From: Hypanus sabinus | Taxonomy: Eukaryota | Direction of reading: 5' to 3' | Assembly: GCF_030144855.1 (NCBI RefSeq) | Contig: NC_082731.1 | Coordinates: 29,388,001-29,452,000, forward strand | DNA length: 64,000 bases | Shown: positions 37,628-49,864 of the stretch, one piece after another | How the letters are laid out: every line of letters starts with the position of its first letter | Position numbering within the stretch: the first letter of the stretch is position 1 | Position numbers and translations under genes: made by a program | The notes under the pieces: model-generated | The model's database searches: none | What the model was told of the DNA's origin: nothing | What the model saw: only the letters and a program-made list of their open reading frames with translations

Positions 37628-40247
37628 TTCGATGAGTTACTAAGCATGCTGGGAGTCACGAAGTCAAGGACTGCTCCTTATCACCCGCAGGGTGATCCCC
37701 AGCCTGAGAGGTTTAATCGGACCTTGCTAGACATGCTCAGAACCTTGCAGGTCAGCAAGAAGAGCAGGTGGAGTCAACATATTGGACATCTGGCCCACAA
37801 ATACAACAGTACCCAAAATGAAGCTACTGGGCACTCGCTATACAATCTGATGTTTGGGCGCGAGGCAAGGTTGCTCACTGACCTTTGTTTTGGGATGGAG
37901 AAGGATGACCGATCTCTAAAGACTTACCTGAAGTATGTGTCTGACATGAAACGGTGTTACACAGCAAGGCGGTGGATGAACCCAAGTGCAGAACATGGGC
38001 ACGGAAGCAGAGTTGGGAGGCACTCTTGATGTATCGAGAGTGGAATCGTTATCCAGGAGCGATGCTAGACTTAGAATTAGCAGTCCTAAGAACCATGAAA
38101 CAAGGTTACTTGCACCAGAGTCTACCATGAACTGGCAGCTCCTTGTTGTGATCACAGGGTTTTTATCTGCATTTGCTGATGGAAAGCAAGTGTTTGTAGT
38201 TAGTGGAACCTGGGAATGATTGGAAACTAAACAAGGTGATTGAGGCCCATTTCCTGAGGTAAATAGCCCGGTGGCGATTGCCAGAAGGGACCATGACAGC
38301 ACCCCTCCCTCAATGGGAGCCTCCCGGTGATCCTCCAGGCCTGTGTGGATGGTCCAGATGAAAATCCTGGATGAGGAAAGGGTCTAGAATGAACGAACGG
38401 GAGAACCAGGAATGCTCTTCTGGATCGTACCCTTTCCAATCTACCAGGTATTGGAAACCCCTGCCCCTATGGTGCTGACCCAGTAGTCTTCAGACAGTGT
38501 ATGCCGGATGGTTGTTGATGATAAGACTGGTGGGGGACTCTCAACTGCATGACAAAGGGCTGATGGAAACTGGCTTTAACTGGACACACGAAATGTCTGG
38601 TGGATGTGCAAAGCCCTTGCGAGTATTAGGGGGACTGCTGCAGGATTGATAACACTTTCAACGTTGAATGGTCCCAGGAAGCGAGGGGCGAGTTTCCTAT
38701 GCTCGTTCCTGAGCGGGATGTCCTTGGAGGAAAGCCACACCATCTGCCCCGGTTGGTACTCAGGCACCGGAGTCCGGTGTCGGTCAGCCGTCTTCATATT
38801 GCATTTTGCTGATCTGAGAAGGGCCGTGCGTGTCTCCTGCGAAACCTTCATGCAATGATCGATATGGTCCTGAACCGATGGTACTGCAATCTCCTCTTCT
38901 TGAACAGCGGGGAACAGCGGGGGTTTGCACCCCAGGGAACACTCGAACGGAGACTTTACAATGGCAGAGTGCAGTTTGTTGAGAGGAAGGGAGTTTAGGG
39001 AGGGCTACGAAGCGCACCGCCTTGGAGAACCGGTCTACCACAGTGAGTACGGTGGTGTTCCCATGTGAAGGGGGTAGACCGGTGACGGAGTCCAGGGTGA
39101 TGTGTGACCAGGGACAACCAGGGACAGATAGAGGACAAAGTAACCCTGCAGGTGGCTGATGAGAGGCTTTTTCCCTGGGCACAGATGGAAATGCTGAGAC
39201 ATGGGAACGGGTATCCGCCTCCGTGGACGGTCACCAAAAGTGTCTTTTCAGGAGCGCTAGGGTCCAATCATTTCCGGGATGGCAGGCGAACCGAGATGTG
39301 TGCCCCCATTGGAGAACCTGAGGCCTGATGGAAACGGGCACATACAGGCGATCGCCGGGGTTGGGGTCATCCCGTTGGGCTTCTTTTACTTTGGACTCGA
39401 TCTCTCAAGTGACGGTGGCGACCACGTAGGATGGTGGGAGGATAGTCCCTGGACTGGAAGTGTCTTCCTTGGAGTGGTATTGGTGGGAGAGCACGTCCGG
39501 CTTCCCGTTCTTGGACCCCGGACAGTCTGTAATGGAAAATTTGAACCGTCCGAAAAATAACACCAACAGGCCTGGGGCCGGATTTCAAAAGATTGGTGGT
39601 CTGAATATACCCCAGGTTTTTATGATCAGTCCATACTACAAACGGTTGTTCTGCCCCCTCCAGCCAGTGCCTCCATTCTTGCAATGCCAGTTTGACCGCC
39701 AGGAGTTCCCAATTTCCCACGTCATAATTCCGCTCGGTGGGGGACAGTCAACGAGAATAGAAGGCACAGGGATGAAGCTAGTTCATTCTGTTACATGAGC
39801 GAGGCAGGGGACAATCCCAAGTGCAGAACCCGGGTGCGGAGGCACAGTCGGGAGGCATTCTTTTCTTTCTTTCTTTTTCAATCTTTTTATTAAATTTCAT
39901 ATATAAAAAAAAAACACAAAATAATGAATAGATTACAGATTCAATAAACTTGAGATTACATTAGTAATAGGATAATAATATCCTATTAAAACATCCATCA
40001 ACAAAAGGTACATAAATCAATCAAGTCTATATAAATATATATGAAAAACAAAAATAATCGTCGAAAAAAGAAAAAAAAAATTGAAATTATATATGAGAAA
40101 AAATATATAATGAAAAAAAAATACTAAACTAAAACTAACATGGGCAATAATAGCACTTTATAAATATATAAAGGTGTCAAGAAAAGAACTCCAGAACTCC
40201 ATACCTGAACAAGTATAAGTAGAGAAAAGGATCTGAAATAAGCCAAA

Positions 40248-43200
40248 TTAATTCATATGAAAGTGTCGAATAAATGGTCCCCAGGTTTCTTCAAATTTAA
40301 TTGAAGAATCAAAGATAGTGCTTCTGATTTTTTCCAAACTCAGATAAGAAATAGTTTGGGAGAACCACTGAAATGTAGTAGGAGGATTTACTTCTTTCCA
40401 GTTTTGTAATATAGACCTTCTGGCAATTAATGTTACAAAGGCAATCATTCGTCTGATTGAAGGGGAAAGCTGATTGCCATCTTCATTTGGTATACCGAAA
40501 ATTGCAGTAATAAAATGGGGTTGTAAATCGATATTCCATACTGAGGAAATGACATCAAAAATGTCCTTCCAATAGTTATGTAAAGTGGGACATGTCCAAA
40601 ACATGTGAGTCAATGAAGCCACTTCTAAGTGACATCTGTCACATTGAGGATTAATATGCGAATAAAATCGGGCAAGTTTATCTTTAGACATATAAGCTCT
40701 ATGTACAATTTTAAATTGTATTAAAGCATGTTTAGCACAAATAGAGGAGGAATTAACCATTTGTAAAATTTTTTCCCATTTATCTGTTGATATATTACAT
40801 CGAAGTTCTTTTTCCCATTCTTGTCTAATTCTATCCGATATTTCTGGCTGTATCTTCATAATCATGTTATAAATAAAAGCTACTAATCCCTTCTGACAAG
40901 GATTAAAAGTAAAAATCAAATCTGAAAAATCCGATGGAGTTGAATTAGGAAAAGATGGAAGAATTTTATGTAAGAAATTTCTAATTTGTAAGTATCTAAA
41001 AAAATTAGATTTAGGTAATTCAAATTTGTTGGATAGTTGATCAAAAGACATCAAAGTACCTTCAAAAAAAAGATCACGAAAACATTTTATACCTTTCCTT
41101 TTCCATATACTAAAAGCTTGATCTGTCAATGAAGGTTTGAAAAAAAAAATTACATAAAATAGGGCTGTCCAGAGCAAAGTTTTTCAGATTAAAGAATTTG
41201 CGAAATTGAAACCAAATTCGTAGTGTATGTTTAACAACAGGGTTAGATATCTGTTTATTGAATTTGGCTAAATCAATAGGAAGAAAAGAACCAAGAACGG
41301 AAAATATAGAATATCCCTTAACCTCACTACATTCCAAATTTACCCACTGTGGGCACACAGGTGAATCCAAATCTAGTTTCCAGTACATTAGGTTACGAAT
41401 ATTATTCGCCCAATAATAAAATCTAAAGTTAGGTAAAGCTAGACCACCATCTTTTTTAGACTTTTGTAATTGCCTTTTGCTTAACCTAGGATTTTTATTT
41501 TGCCAAACAAATGAGGAAATCTTTGAATCAATATTATCAAAAAAAGATTTAGGAATAAAAATTGGTAAAGCTTGGAATAAATATAAAAATTTCGGTAAAA
41601 TCATCATTTTAATAGCATTAATCCGACCAACTAATGATAAAAATAAGGGAGACCATCTAGTAGTAAGTTGCTGAATTTGATGAAGCATAGGTAAAAAATT
41701 CAGTCCAAATAAATCTTTATATTTCTTGGTGATTTTTATACCTAAATAGATAAAGTTATCAGTAACAACTTTAAATGGCATCCTATCACTCAATAAAGTT
41801 TGCGCGTTTAAAGGGAATAACTCACTCTTATCTAAGTTTAACTTATAACCAGAAAAACTACCAAATTGAGCCAACAAGGATAAAATAGCAGGAATAGACC
41901 TACTAGGATTAGAAATATATAACAACAAATCATCAGCATAAAGCGATAATTTGTATAACTTCTCATTACGGGTAATACCAAAAATATTAGGAGACTCACG
42001 AATAGCAATAGCTAAAGGTTCTAATGCAATATTAAATAATAAAGGACTTAAAGGACAACCTTGTCTCGTACCACGAGATAATTGAAAAAAAGAGGATCTA
42101 TAATTATTTGTAAGAACAGAAGCAACAGGTTTATAATATATTAATTTAATCCATGATATAAAATTAGGACTAAAATTAAAGTTTCTCAATGCATTAAATA
42201 AATATGTCCATTCAACTCTATCAAAGGCTTTTTCAGCATCTAATGAGATAACACATTCTGGGGTTATAGGTGATGAAGTATAAATTATGTTAATCAATTT
42301 TCTAATATTAAAAAAGGAATATCGATTCCTAATAAAACCAGTTTGATCTTCTGAAATAATCTGTGGTAATACCTTTTCTAATCTAATGGCTAAAATTTTT
42401 GTAAGAATCTTAGAGTCTACATTTAATAATGATATAGGGCGATAAGATGCACATAAGGTAGGATCTTTATCTTTTTTAAGAATTAAAGAGATGGTAGCTT
42501 CATAAAACGATTGAGGTAATCTCTTCTTAACAAACGCATCATTAAAGATTTCACATAACCAAGGAGAAAGCAATAAAGAAAAAGTTTTAAAAAATTCTAC
42601 AATAAAACCATCAGGACCAGGAGCTTTCCCTGAATTCATTGATGAGATAGCCTCTCTTATTTCATCCATAGAAATAGGAGCATCAAGCAAGCTACAATCT
42701 TCATCTATCAGTTTAGAAATATTCAAATTATTAAAAAAATTATCCATCGTAAACCGGTCACCGTCAAATTCTGATTGATATAAAGATTTATAAAAATCTT
42801 GAAAAGTGTTATTGATTTCTTTATAATCAGTAGTTAAATTACCGTCTTGTTTACGAATTTTAATAATTTGTCGCTTAGTCGAAATAGCTTTTAATTGATT
42901 AGCTAACAATTTACCAGTTCGATCACTATGAATATAAAATTGAGCCCTAGTCTTAATTAATTGATTCTCAATTGAAGAAGATAATAATAAACTATGTTCC
43001 ATTTGAAGCTCAACTCTCTTCTTATAAAGTTCTTTGGTAGGAGTAACGGAATAAATCTTATCAATTTCTTTAATTTTATCCACCAATAAAGCTATATCTG
43101 AATATCTTTGTTTTCTTTTACCAGCGGAATATGAAATAATTTGTCCACGAATAAAAGCCTTGAAAGAGTCCCAAAGTATTCCTTTATCAATCTCTTCATT

Positions 43201-44057
43201 ATAGTTTGTTGAAAAAAATAAGTCAATTTGTTGTTTTATGAAGGTAATAAATTCTGGATCTTGAAGTAAAGTAGCATTAAGTCTCCAAGATCTAGTATTG
43301 ATAGAAGAATCCGAAATCTTGATAGATAACTTCAAAGGCGCATGATCCGAAATAGCAATAGAATCGTATTTACAATCAATAACATCTGTTAATAAACGAT
43401 GATCAATAAGAAAGTAATCAATTCTAGAATAACTATGATATACATGTGAAAAAATGAAAATTCTTTATCTTTAGGGTTCAAAAACCGCCATATTTCAGTA
43501 ATTCCAGAATCAACCATAAAAGAATTAATAAGTAAAGCTGATCTATTCGGAAGAGTTCGAATAGGTTTAGATCTATCCATCGAAGGATTCAAACAACAAT
43601 TAAAGTCTCCACCCATAATCAACATATATTCATTCAAATTAGGAAGAGAAGTAAATAAACGTTTAAAAAATTCAGGACAATCAAAGTTTGGAGCATAAAT
43701 ATTAACTAAAACAACTTTCCGATTAAAAAGTGAACCAGTTATCAACAAAAATCTACCCTGTGGATCAGAAATAATTTCATAATGTGTAAACGAAATTGAG
43801 GCGTCTATAAAAATAGACACACCCCTAATTTTAGCGGTACAATTTGAGTGAAATTGTTGACCTTTCCAGAACCTAAAAAAACGTTGATTATCCTCCCTCC
43901 TAATGTGGGTCTCCTGTGCAAAAATAATATTAGCGTTCAATCTATGGAATACTTTAAATATTTTTTTACGTTTAATCGGATGATTTAAACCATTAGTATT
44001 CCACGAGATAAAGTTAATAGATTTATCCATCATACCAATATTAATTGTGTGTATCAT
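40248..44057 (-). CDS. L1 ORF2p (endonuclease, RT, C-terminal CCHC) split by two homopolymer frameshifts
   Basis: SWNTNGL, AQETH, GGDFN, QGCPLSP, LYADD and CDRC...HMFWTC motifs. Frame breaks at A6 (43449-43454) and A10 (41140-41149). Confidence 0.88.
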
Positions 44058-45061
44058 AAAAGGTTAAAAAGACACATAACCCACAATTTAGGAAGAAGGA
44101 AAATTGATTCAGGAGCAACCGGAGATCCTGACACCTCAACAATATTAACAATTTAAAGTCAGCCCATAAACTAAAAGCAAAAAAATAAAAAGCAAAAGCA
44201 TGAAAAAAGATCCCTCCCCCCTCCCCCCACCCTTTGAAAGAAAGCCAAGCGGCAGGCGCATAAACTAATACTAATATTACCCCCATTTCAAGATGGCAGC
44301 TCCATAAGAAAATTTTTTAAGAAAAAACTATATAACACCCCAATTAAAATATAGAGTTGCAAAAAAAATATATATATATATATATATACCTACATATATA
44401 TATATATATACACATACACATACACACCCATATCAGACAAATCAAAAAAAAAACTAAAATAGTAAAACCAGAAAAATCATTAATAAAAAAAAAATGCACA
44501 TTAAAGTTTAAAAATGTGATACACCTTTAAAAAAGAAATTCCATATTCAGATACAAAGATGACGTTTCACAAGCCAAGACTTATGGGAAGAAGAAACGAC
44601 ATTTTGAGAAAGCCATATTACAAAATATGAATATAAATTCAGCAATCTAATAAGAAAATATAGTAAAAAAGTTATCAAAATAGAATTTTTTTTTAAAAAA
44701 AAAGATTTAATAGACACTACAACATATTTAAAAAAAAACTAAAGAAAAAGAATTCAAAACCTTTGTTCCATTTCTAAATACAGGCAAGCAAATAAACGCT
44801 TATAAAAAGTAAAGACTTATGGGAAGAAGAAACGACATTTTGAAAAAAAAAATAATTCATTATTACAAAATACAAACGTATATAAAAAAAGGATATTATA
44901 AAAATTAAAACAGCATCTATAAGCAATAATAATAGTAGTAAAAAAAAAGACCCAGACCCATAGTTCAAAATAAAAAGTTATAACCCAACTTCCAGGGTTA
45001 AAACTTAAAATGAAATGACATCCTCTCTCCAAAAAAAAAAATCTTCAATGTAACTCATAGT

Positions 45062-45967
45062 TCAAGTTGCACTAGAGGATCGATATTCTTCAACAAATTT
45101 CTTCGCTTCTTCAGGAGTGTTAAAAAAGTGTAGACTGTTGTCGGGCAGCACCATTCTAAGCTTCGCTGGATACATTAAAGCTTGTTTAAATCCAACCGAA
45201 TGAATCTCTGCCATCACTGGTTTAAAAGCGATCCTGGCTTTCATTACTTCATACGAGTAGTCTTCAACTATTCGAAATGAATAATTTCTGTAGGAGATCA
45301 TACCTTTTTTACGAGCTAATCGAATTAGAAGCTCTTTCTCACGAGGATAATGAAGGCGAACAATCACCGCTCGTGGTTTATCAGACACAGACGAAAACCT
45401 CGCAACTCTATGAGCGCGGTCAATAACAGGTTCATTTTTCAAACCTTCACCACCGAAAATTTCCCACAGTAATTTAGAGAAAAATTCAGTTAAATCACCG
45501 GACTCAACTTTTTCGGGAATTCCGATGATGCGCAAATTCTGTCTGCGAGAACGATTTTCAAGATCAGTAATTTTAAACTTGTACTGATCTAAAGTTTTAG
45601 CAGTCGACTCTATCTTCTTCTCTAACACTTCAATTGTACGTGCTTTTTCACAAATTGATTGTTCAAGAGTCGTGATCTTATTTCCATGCTGTTGAACCTC
45701 TAACGCCTGCGACTGAAACTTAGTTTCAAGCGATTTAACAACTCCTTCAAGATCGGATATTTTCGAAGTAATCCTCCTTTCCAAACTTAACAGTTTACTG
45801 TCCAATTTACCTTCTAGTCTGCCTTCCAGAGCCGCAAATTTAGCATCCAGTTTATTGTCCAATTTACTTTCCATACCCGCAAATTTAACATCCAGTTTAG
45901 TGTCCAAAAGACCAAAAATTGCGTCGATGGATACAGGATCCTTAGCCGATTTCTTACTTGTAGCCAT
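45062..45967 (-). CDS. L1 ORF1p (coiled coil, RRM, CTD), 301 aa
   Basis: Open ORF with heptads, LENRSRRQNLRIIGIPE, IDRAHRV and YPAKLR motifs. Confidence 0.92.
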   Translation of the reverse strand: MATSKKSAKDPVSIDAIFGLLDTKLDVKFAGMESKLDNKLDAKFAALEGRLEGKLDSKLLSLERRITSKISDLEGVVKSLETKFQSQALEVQQHGNKITTLEQSICEKARTIEVLEKKIESTAKTLDQYKFKITDLENRSRRQNLRIIGIPEKVESGDLTEFFSKLLWEIFGGEGLKNEPVIDRAHRVARFSSVSDKPRAVIVRLHYPREKELLIRLARKKGMISYRNYSFRIVEDYSYEVMKARIAFKPVMAEIHSVGFKQALMYPAKLRMVLPDNSLHFFNTPEEAKKFVEEYRSSSAT

Positions 45968-47508
45968 TTTAGGTTTGACAAGATTAGATCAACTATTATT
46001 TTAGGAAAAAAGGGTCAATCAAAGGTAGCAACTCATATGATTAAGTTCGAAAAGGTCTAATTAAAGGGTGATTATAGTTAAAAAAATAAAGAGCGCCTAA
46101 AAGGCAGATGCTTACGTCGCCATCTTGAAACTCCACTCCCGGCATTCTTGATGTAGTGAGTGTGGAATCGGTATCCAGGAGCAATACTAGACTTAGAACT
46201 GGCAGTCCTCAGAAAAATGAAACAGGATTACTCACACCAGAATCAACCATAAACCAGCAGCTCCTTGTTGTGATCACAGGGTTTTTATCTGCATTTGCTG
46301 ATGGAAAACAAGTGTTTGTAGTTAGTGGAACCTGGGAATGATTGGAAATTAAATGAGGTGATTGAGGCCCAATTCCTAAGGTGGGTGACTGTCAGAAGGG
46401 ACCATGACAGTAGGGAGCTGAAAAGGGTTTATGAATTAGCTGGGGTCCTGGCTGCCAAGCAGAATCAAGGAAATAAGAGGAGGTATCATCTAAAGGTTAG
46501 GATCTCCCAACTCATGCCGGGAGATCGAGTCCTCACAAAGAATTTGGGGCTACTGTAGTGGAGAGCCAGATCCCAAGTGTTCCAGTTTTCCAAGTGAAAC
46601 CAGAGGATGGGAATGGTCAAGATTCTCCATCGGAACTACCTTCTGTCCCTGGGATTAGAGATGCGGATTGACTCAAAGCCCAACCTGGAGCCTACGCATA
46701 GTAAGGGGACTCTGTGGTATCGCTGGGTGACTGAAAGGCCAACAACAGGAGAGATTAGACTGGCCCCCACCCCTAAATGGGGTACAGACTTGGAGGATGA
46801 GGAAATAGGGGTGTGGTATATGCCGCATTTGCTAACTCCCCACTGATTGAAGAAGAGATTCCGAACCCTTCTCCCATTGAGTCAGGTGAAATCTGGGGTG
46901 GAGGGTCTATCCGTGGGCAGCCGGGGGTTGAGCGGGACCCCACAAGGAATGAAGTGGGGCTCGGCCAAGGGACAGAGGAGTCCGAGTCGCAGGAGGGCAC
47001 GAGTAATAGACCGCGGTAGGCCTCTCCAGGTAGACCAGAAGTACCGCCAGTACTGAAGAGGAAGGTGAGGGGGTACAGAGGTATCAAAGAATCAGGAGAC
47101 CTCTGGATAGGCTGGCCTATGCAGCACCAGGGAGCAGAGTGGTGTCCCTACCGCTTTGGGGAGCTGCGTCACTGCCTTTTGCAGCCCGGTTGGACTTTGT
47201 GTTTTGCAGGAAGGATATGAGTGATATTGGTGAGGGGAGCGTGTAACATCCTGGGAAAGGTTTCACTGCTAATGTAATGGTTGTTCTGTAGCAGCAGTGT
47301 TTGGGTTATGACTAGAGTTAACGGCTTTGGAATGTGCGGTGTCCATGGAAGGGAGTGTTTGCTCGTGCCTGAGAGCGACTGGTTCAAGGTCTTTTGTTCA
47401 GGGAAAGATGGAGAGAGAAGATGCCACAATGAAGAGGTTGTAGACTGCAGGATGAAGTGGACTTGGAATGTGGCTGGGAGTCGATGATGCCCAGGGGAAA
47501 TCAGTGGA

Positions 47509-48170
47509 GGACATTCTTGAAGCATCTGTGTACATTTGTAAATATCGATAATAATTATTATTTACATACTATTCAACAATACCATGATTTAAAATCACTT
47601 CTTTGTTTTTCTGTCCCTTTTGGAATAATTTAGGATCCACCTCTGGTGCTTCACACAGTCATGGAGACAGCCCAGGAAAAGGCTCTGTATCACTCGCTAT
47701 TTATTACTAATTCCTGTCCTTTCTGCTTTCTCCTCAATAGTCCATGCAAAACTTCAGAATTTCCTTTTCCCAGCATGGGTCTAAAAGCTGTTTACTTGGA
47801 TGATGTTCTCCAGGCCCTTGTAGGTTTACCCAATAGGTTAACACAAGCTGTGTTCTTCTCAGTTCCAGAGGTGTCTCCCCCAACTCCACCTTTGAATTAT
47901 ATCCAGTTTATTGAGCACACAGTGTGATGCTGATCCATACACCATACTTCCTTAGTCCAGTATTGATCTTATTAATCCTGTATATATTGCTTTCTAGGAT
48001 TTCCGATCAGCTCCCCATTCCTTTCCTATTAAACACCTCATAATATTTAGCACTTTCTTACTTCTGATTATTATTTCTTTAATATGTGTTGACCATGTGA
48101 GTCTTTTATCAAACCAAACTCTTAAAAATTTAAAGGTATCCGCAGTTTCTAATTCTAATCGATAATCAAT
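47509..48170 (-). mobile_element. Nimb/I-clade fragment
   Basis: FDKRLTWSTHIKE motif; homologous to 7960-8700 and 62430-62967. Confidence 0.8.
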
Positions 48171-48199
48171 TAAATGGAGTGATGAGGCTGAGGATCGAG

Positions 48200-49860
48200 T
48201 TGTTGGTTTACAAACAGAGGCAGTGTGTAGTGAGACTGCGAGCAAGCAGAGGCTGATGACGGCAAAACTGCAGTCAATGGGATGAGTTGCAGTGTAAAAA
48301 GGGGATCAGAAATCAAAAAGGGTGTTGAATACAGGATTGAAAGTGTTATCTTTGAATTCACTCAGTATACAGAATAAGGTAGATTAACTTGTAACACAGC
48401 TACAGATTGGCATGTATGACATTGTGGGCATCACTGAATCGTGGCTGAAAGAAGATTATAACTGGGAGCTTGACGTCCAAGGACACACATTGTATTGATA
48501 AGACAGGCTGGTAGGCTGAGGGCATGGTGTGGCTGTGTTGGTAAAAAAATTAACTCAAATCATTAGAAAGAGGTGACAGGATTGGAAGATGCGGTATTGT
48601 TCTGTGTACAGAGACTGCAAGGGTTAAAGACCCTGATGGGAGTTATGTCCAGAGCTGCAAACAGCAGTAAAGACGTGGTCCACAAATTACAACGGGAGAT
48701 TGAAAATGTATGTCAAAAGTGCAATGTTAGGATAGTCATCGGGAATTTCAATGTGCAGGTAGATTGAGACGGGTTGCACCTGAACTGGCGGGGAACCAAT
48801 ATCCTGGCTTTACTGATGCTACTTGGGAGAGTTTAACCAGAGCCCCGGGGCAGCAACATCGGACCTGAAGTCAGTGAAGGTATTGAAAGGCAAAACTGAA
48901 ATAACAGGCATGATGGGTCGGATAGTTTGAAGAGTGTATATTTTAATGCTGGGAGTATTATGGTTAAGGGTGATGAAATGAGAGCATGGATCAGTACATG
49001 GAACTACGATGTTGTAGCCATTACTGAAACTTGGTTGAGAGAGCGGCAGGAATGGGTAATTAATGTACCAGGTTTTTGAAGTTTTAGAAAAGATAGAAGA
49101 GGAGATAAAAGCGGGGTGGAGGTTTGTATTACTAATCAGGGACAATATCACAGCAGCACTCAGAGGAGACATAATGCAGAGGTCAGAAACTGAGTCCATT
49201 TGGGTGAAACTCAGGAATAGGCAGGATGCAATCACTCTGATGGGATACAACTCGGGGACATAACCTCCAGATTCAGGGAGATACATTTAGGATGGAGGTG
49301 AGGAGGAGCTGATTTTCCCAGTGAGTGATGAATCTGTGGAATCCTCTGCCCATTGAAGCAGTGGAGGCGACCTCAGAAGATATACTTATGACAAGTTGGA
49401 TAGATTTTTGCATAGTAGGGGAATTAAGGGTTATGTGGAAAAGGCATGTTGGTAGAGATGAGTCCATCGCCAGATCAGACGTGATCTTATTGAATGGCGG
49501 AGCAGGCTCGATGGGCCAGATGGCCGACTCCTGCTCCTATGTCGTATGTAGTAAAGACCCGCTAATAGCCACCAGGACATTGAGGAACAGATTTGTAATC
49601 AGATTAAGGAAATTTGTAAAAACAATTGGGTTGCTGGCATGGGGAATTTAAAATTCCCAAATATATACTGGGACCTTCTTAGTATGAGGGGTTCAGATGG
49701 GGCTGAATTTGTTCAGTGCATCCAGGAAGATCTAAATCAATATGTGCACGGTCCAATGAAAACAGGGGCCATTCTGTACCTGGTGCTGGGTCATGAGCCT
49801 GACCAGGTGATTGACCTTTCAGTGGATGAACAGTGACCACAACTCCTAATCTTTCAGGAT
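48200..49860 (+). mobile_element. CR1 fragment mosaic
   Basis: Same fragment order and junctions as 9210-10480. Confidence 0.75.
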
Positions 49861-49864
49861 CTTT

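Larger units (their letters stand above)
39863..46140 (-). mobile_element. Full-length L1-clade LINE with 9-bp TSD
   Basis: TSD GGCATTCTT at 39854-39862 and 46141-46149; 173-bp 5' UTR, ORF1, ~1-kb spacer, ORF2, A/GAAA-rich tail. Confidence 0.95.
37955..46429 (-). mobile_element. Internally deleted chromovirus (Sushi-type) LTR element with two LTRs
   Basis: 3' LTR 37955-38298, then PPT, chromodomain ([14 protein letters not shown]), integrase and RNase H ([18 protein letters not shown]). The 5' LTR (39789-39862 plus 46141-46429) is split by L1. Gag, protease and RT are missing. Confidence 0.85.
34506..47508 (+). mobile_element. Decayed Gypsy with PNMA-like gag (copy 1), host to CR1, Sushi and L1 insertions
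   Basis: PNMA-like gag, RT (WFSVLDLRSGYYQI), RNase H (EVKTDNNPL), integrase (GDPQPERFNRTLL) resuming at 46430 (RELKRVYELA), PPT and partial 3' LTR at about 47165-47508. Confidence 0.85.

Noticed and set aside
37916-38302. ORF containing MVDSGA, resembling an aspartic protease site
   Set aside because: It lies inside an LTR, and the same frame is closed by stops in the other LTR copies.
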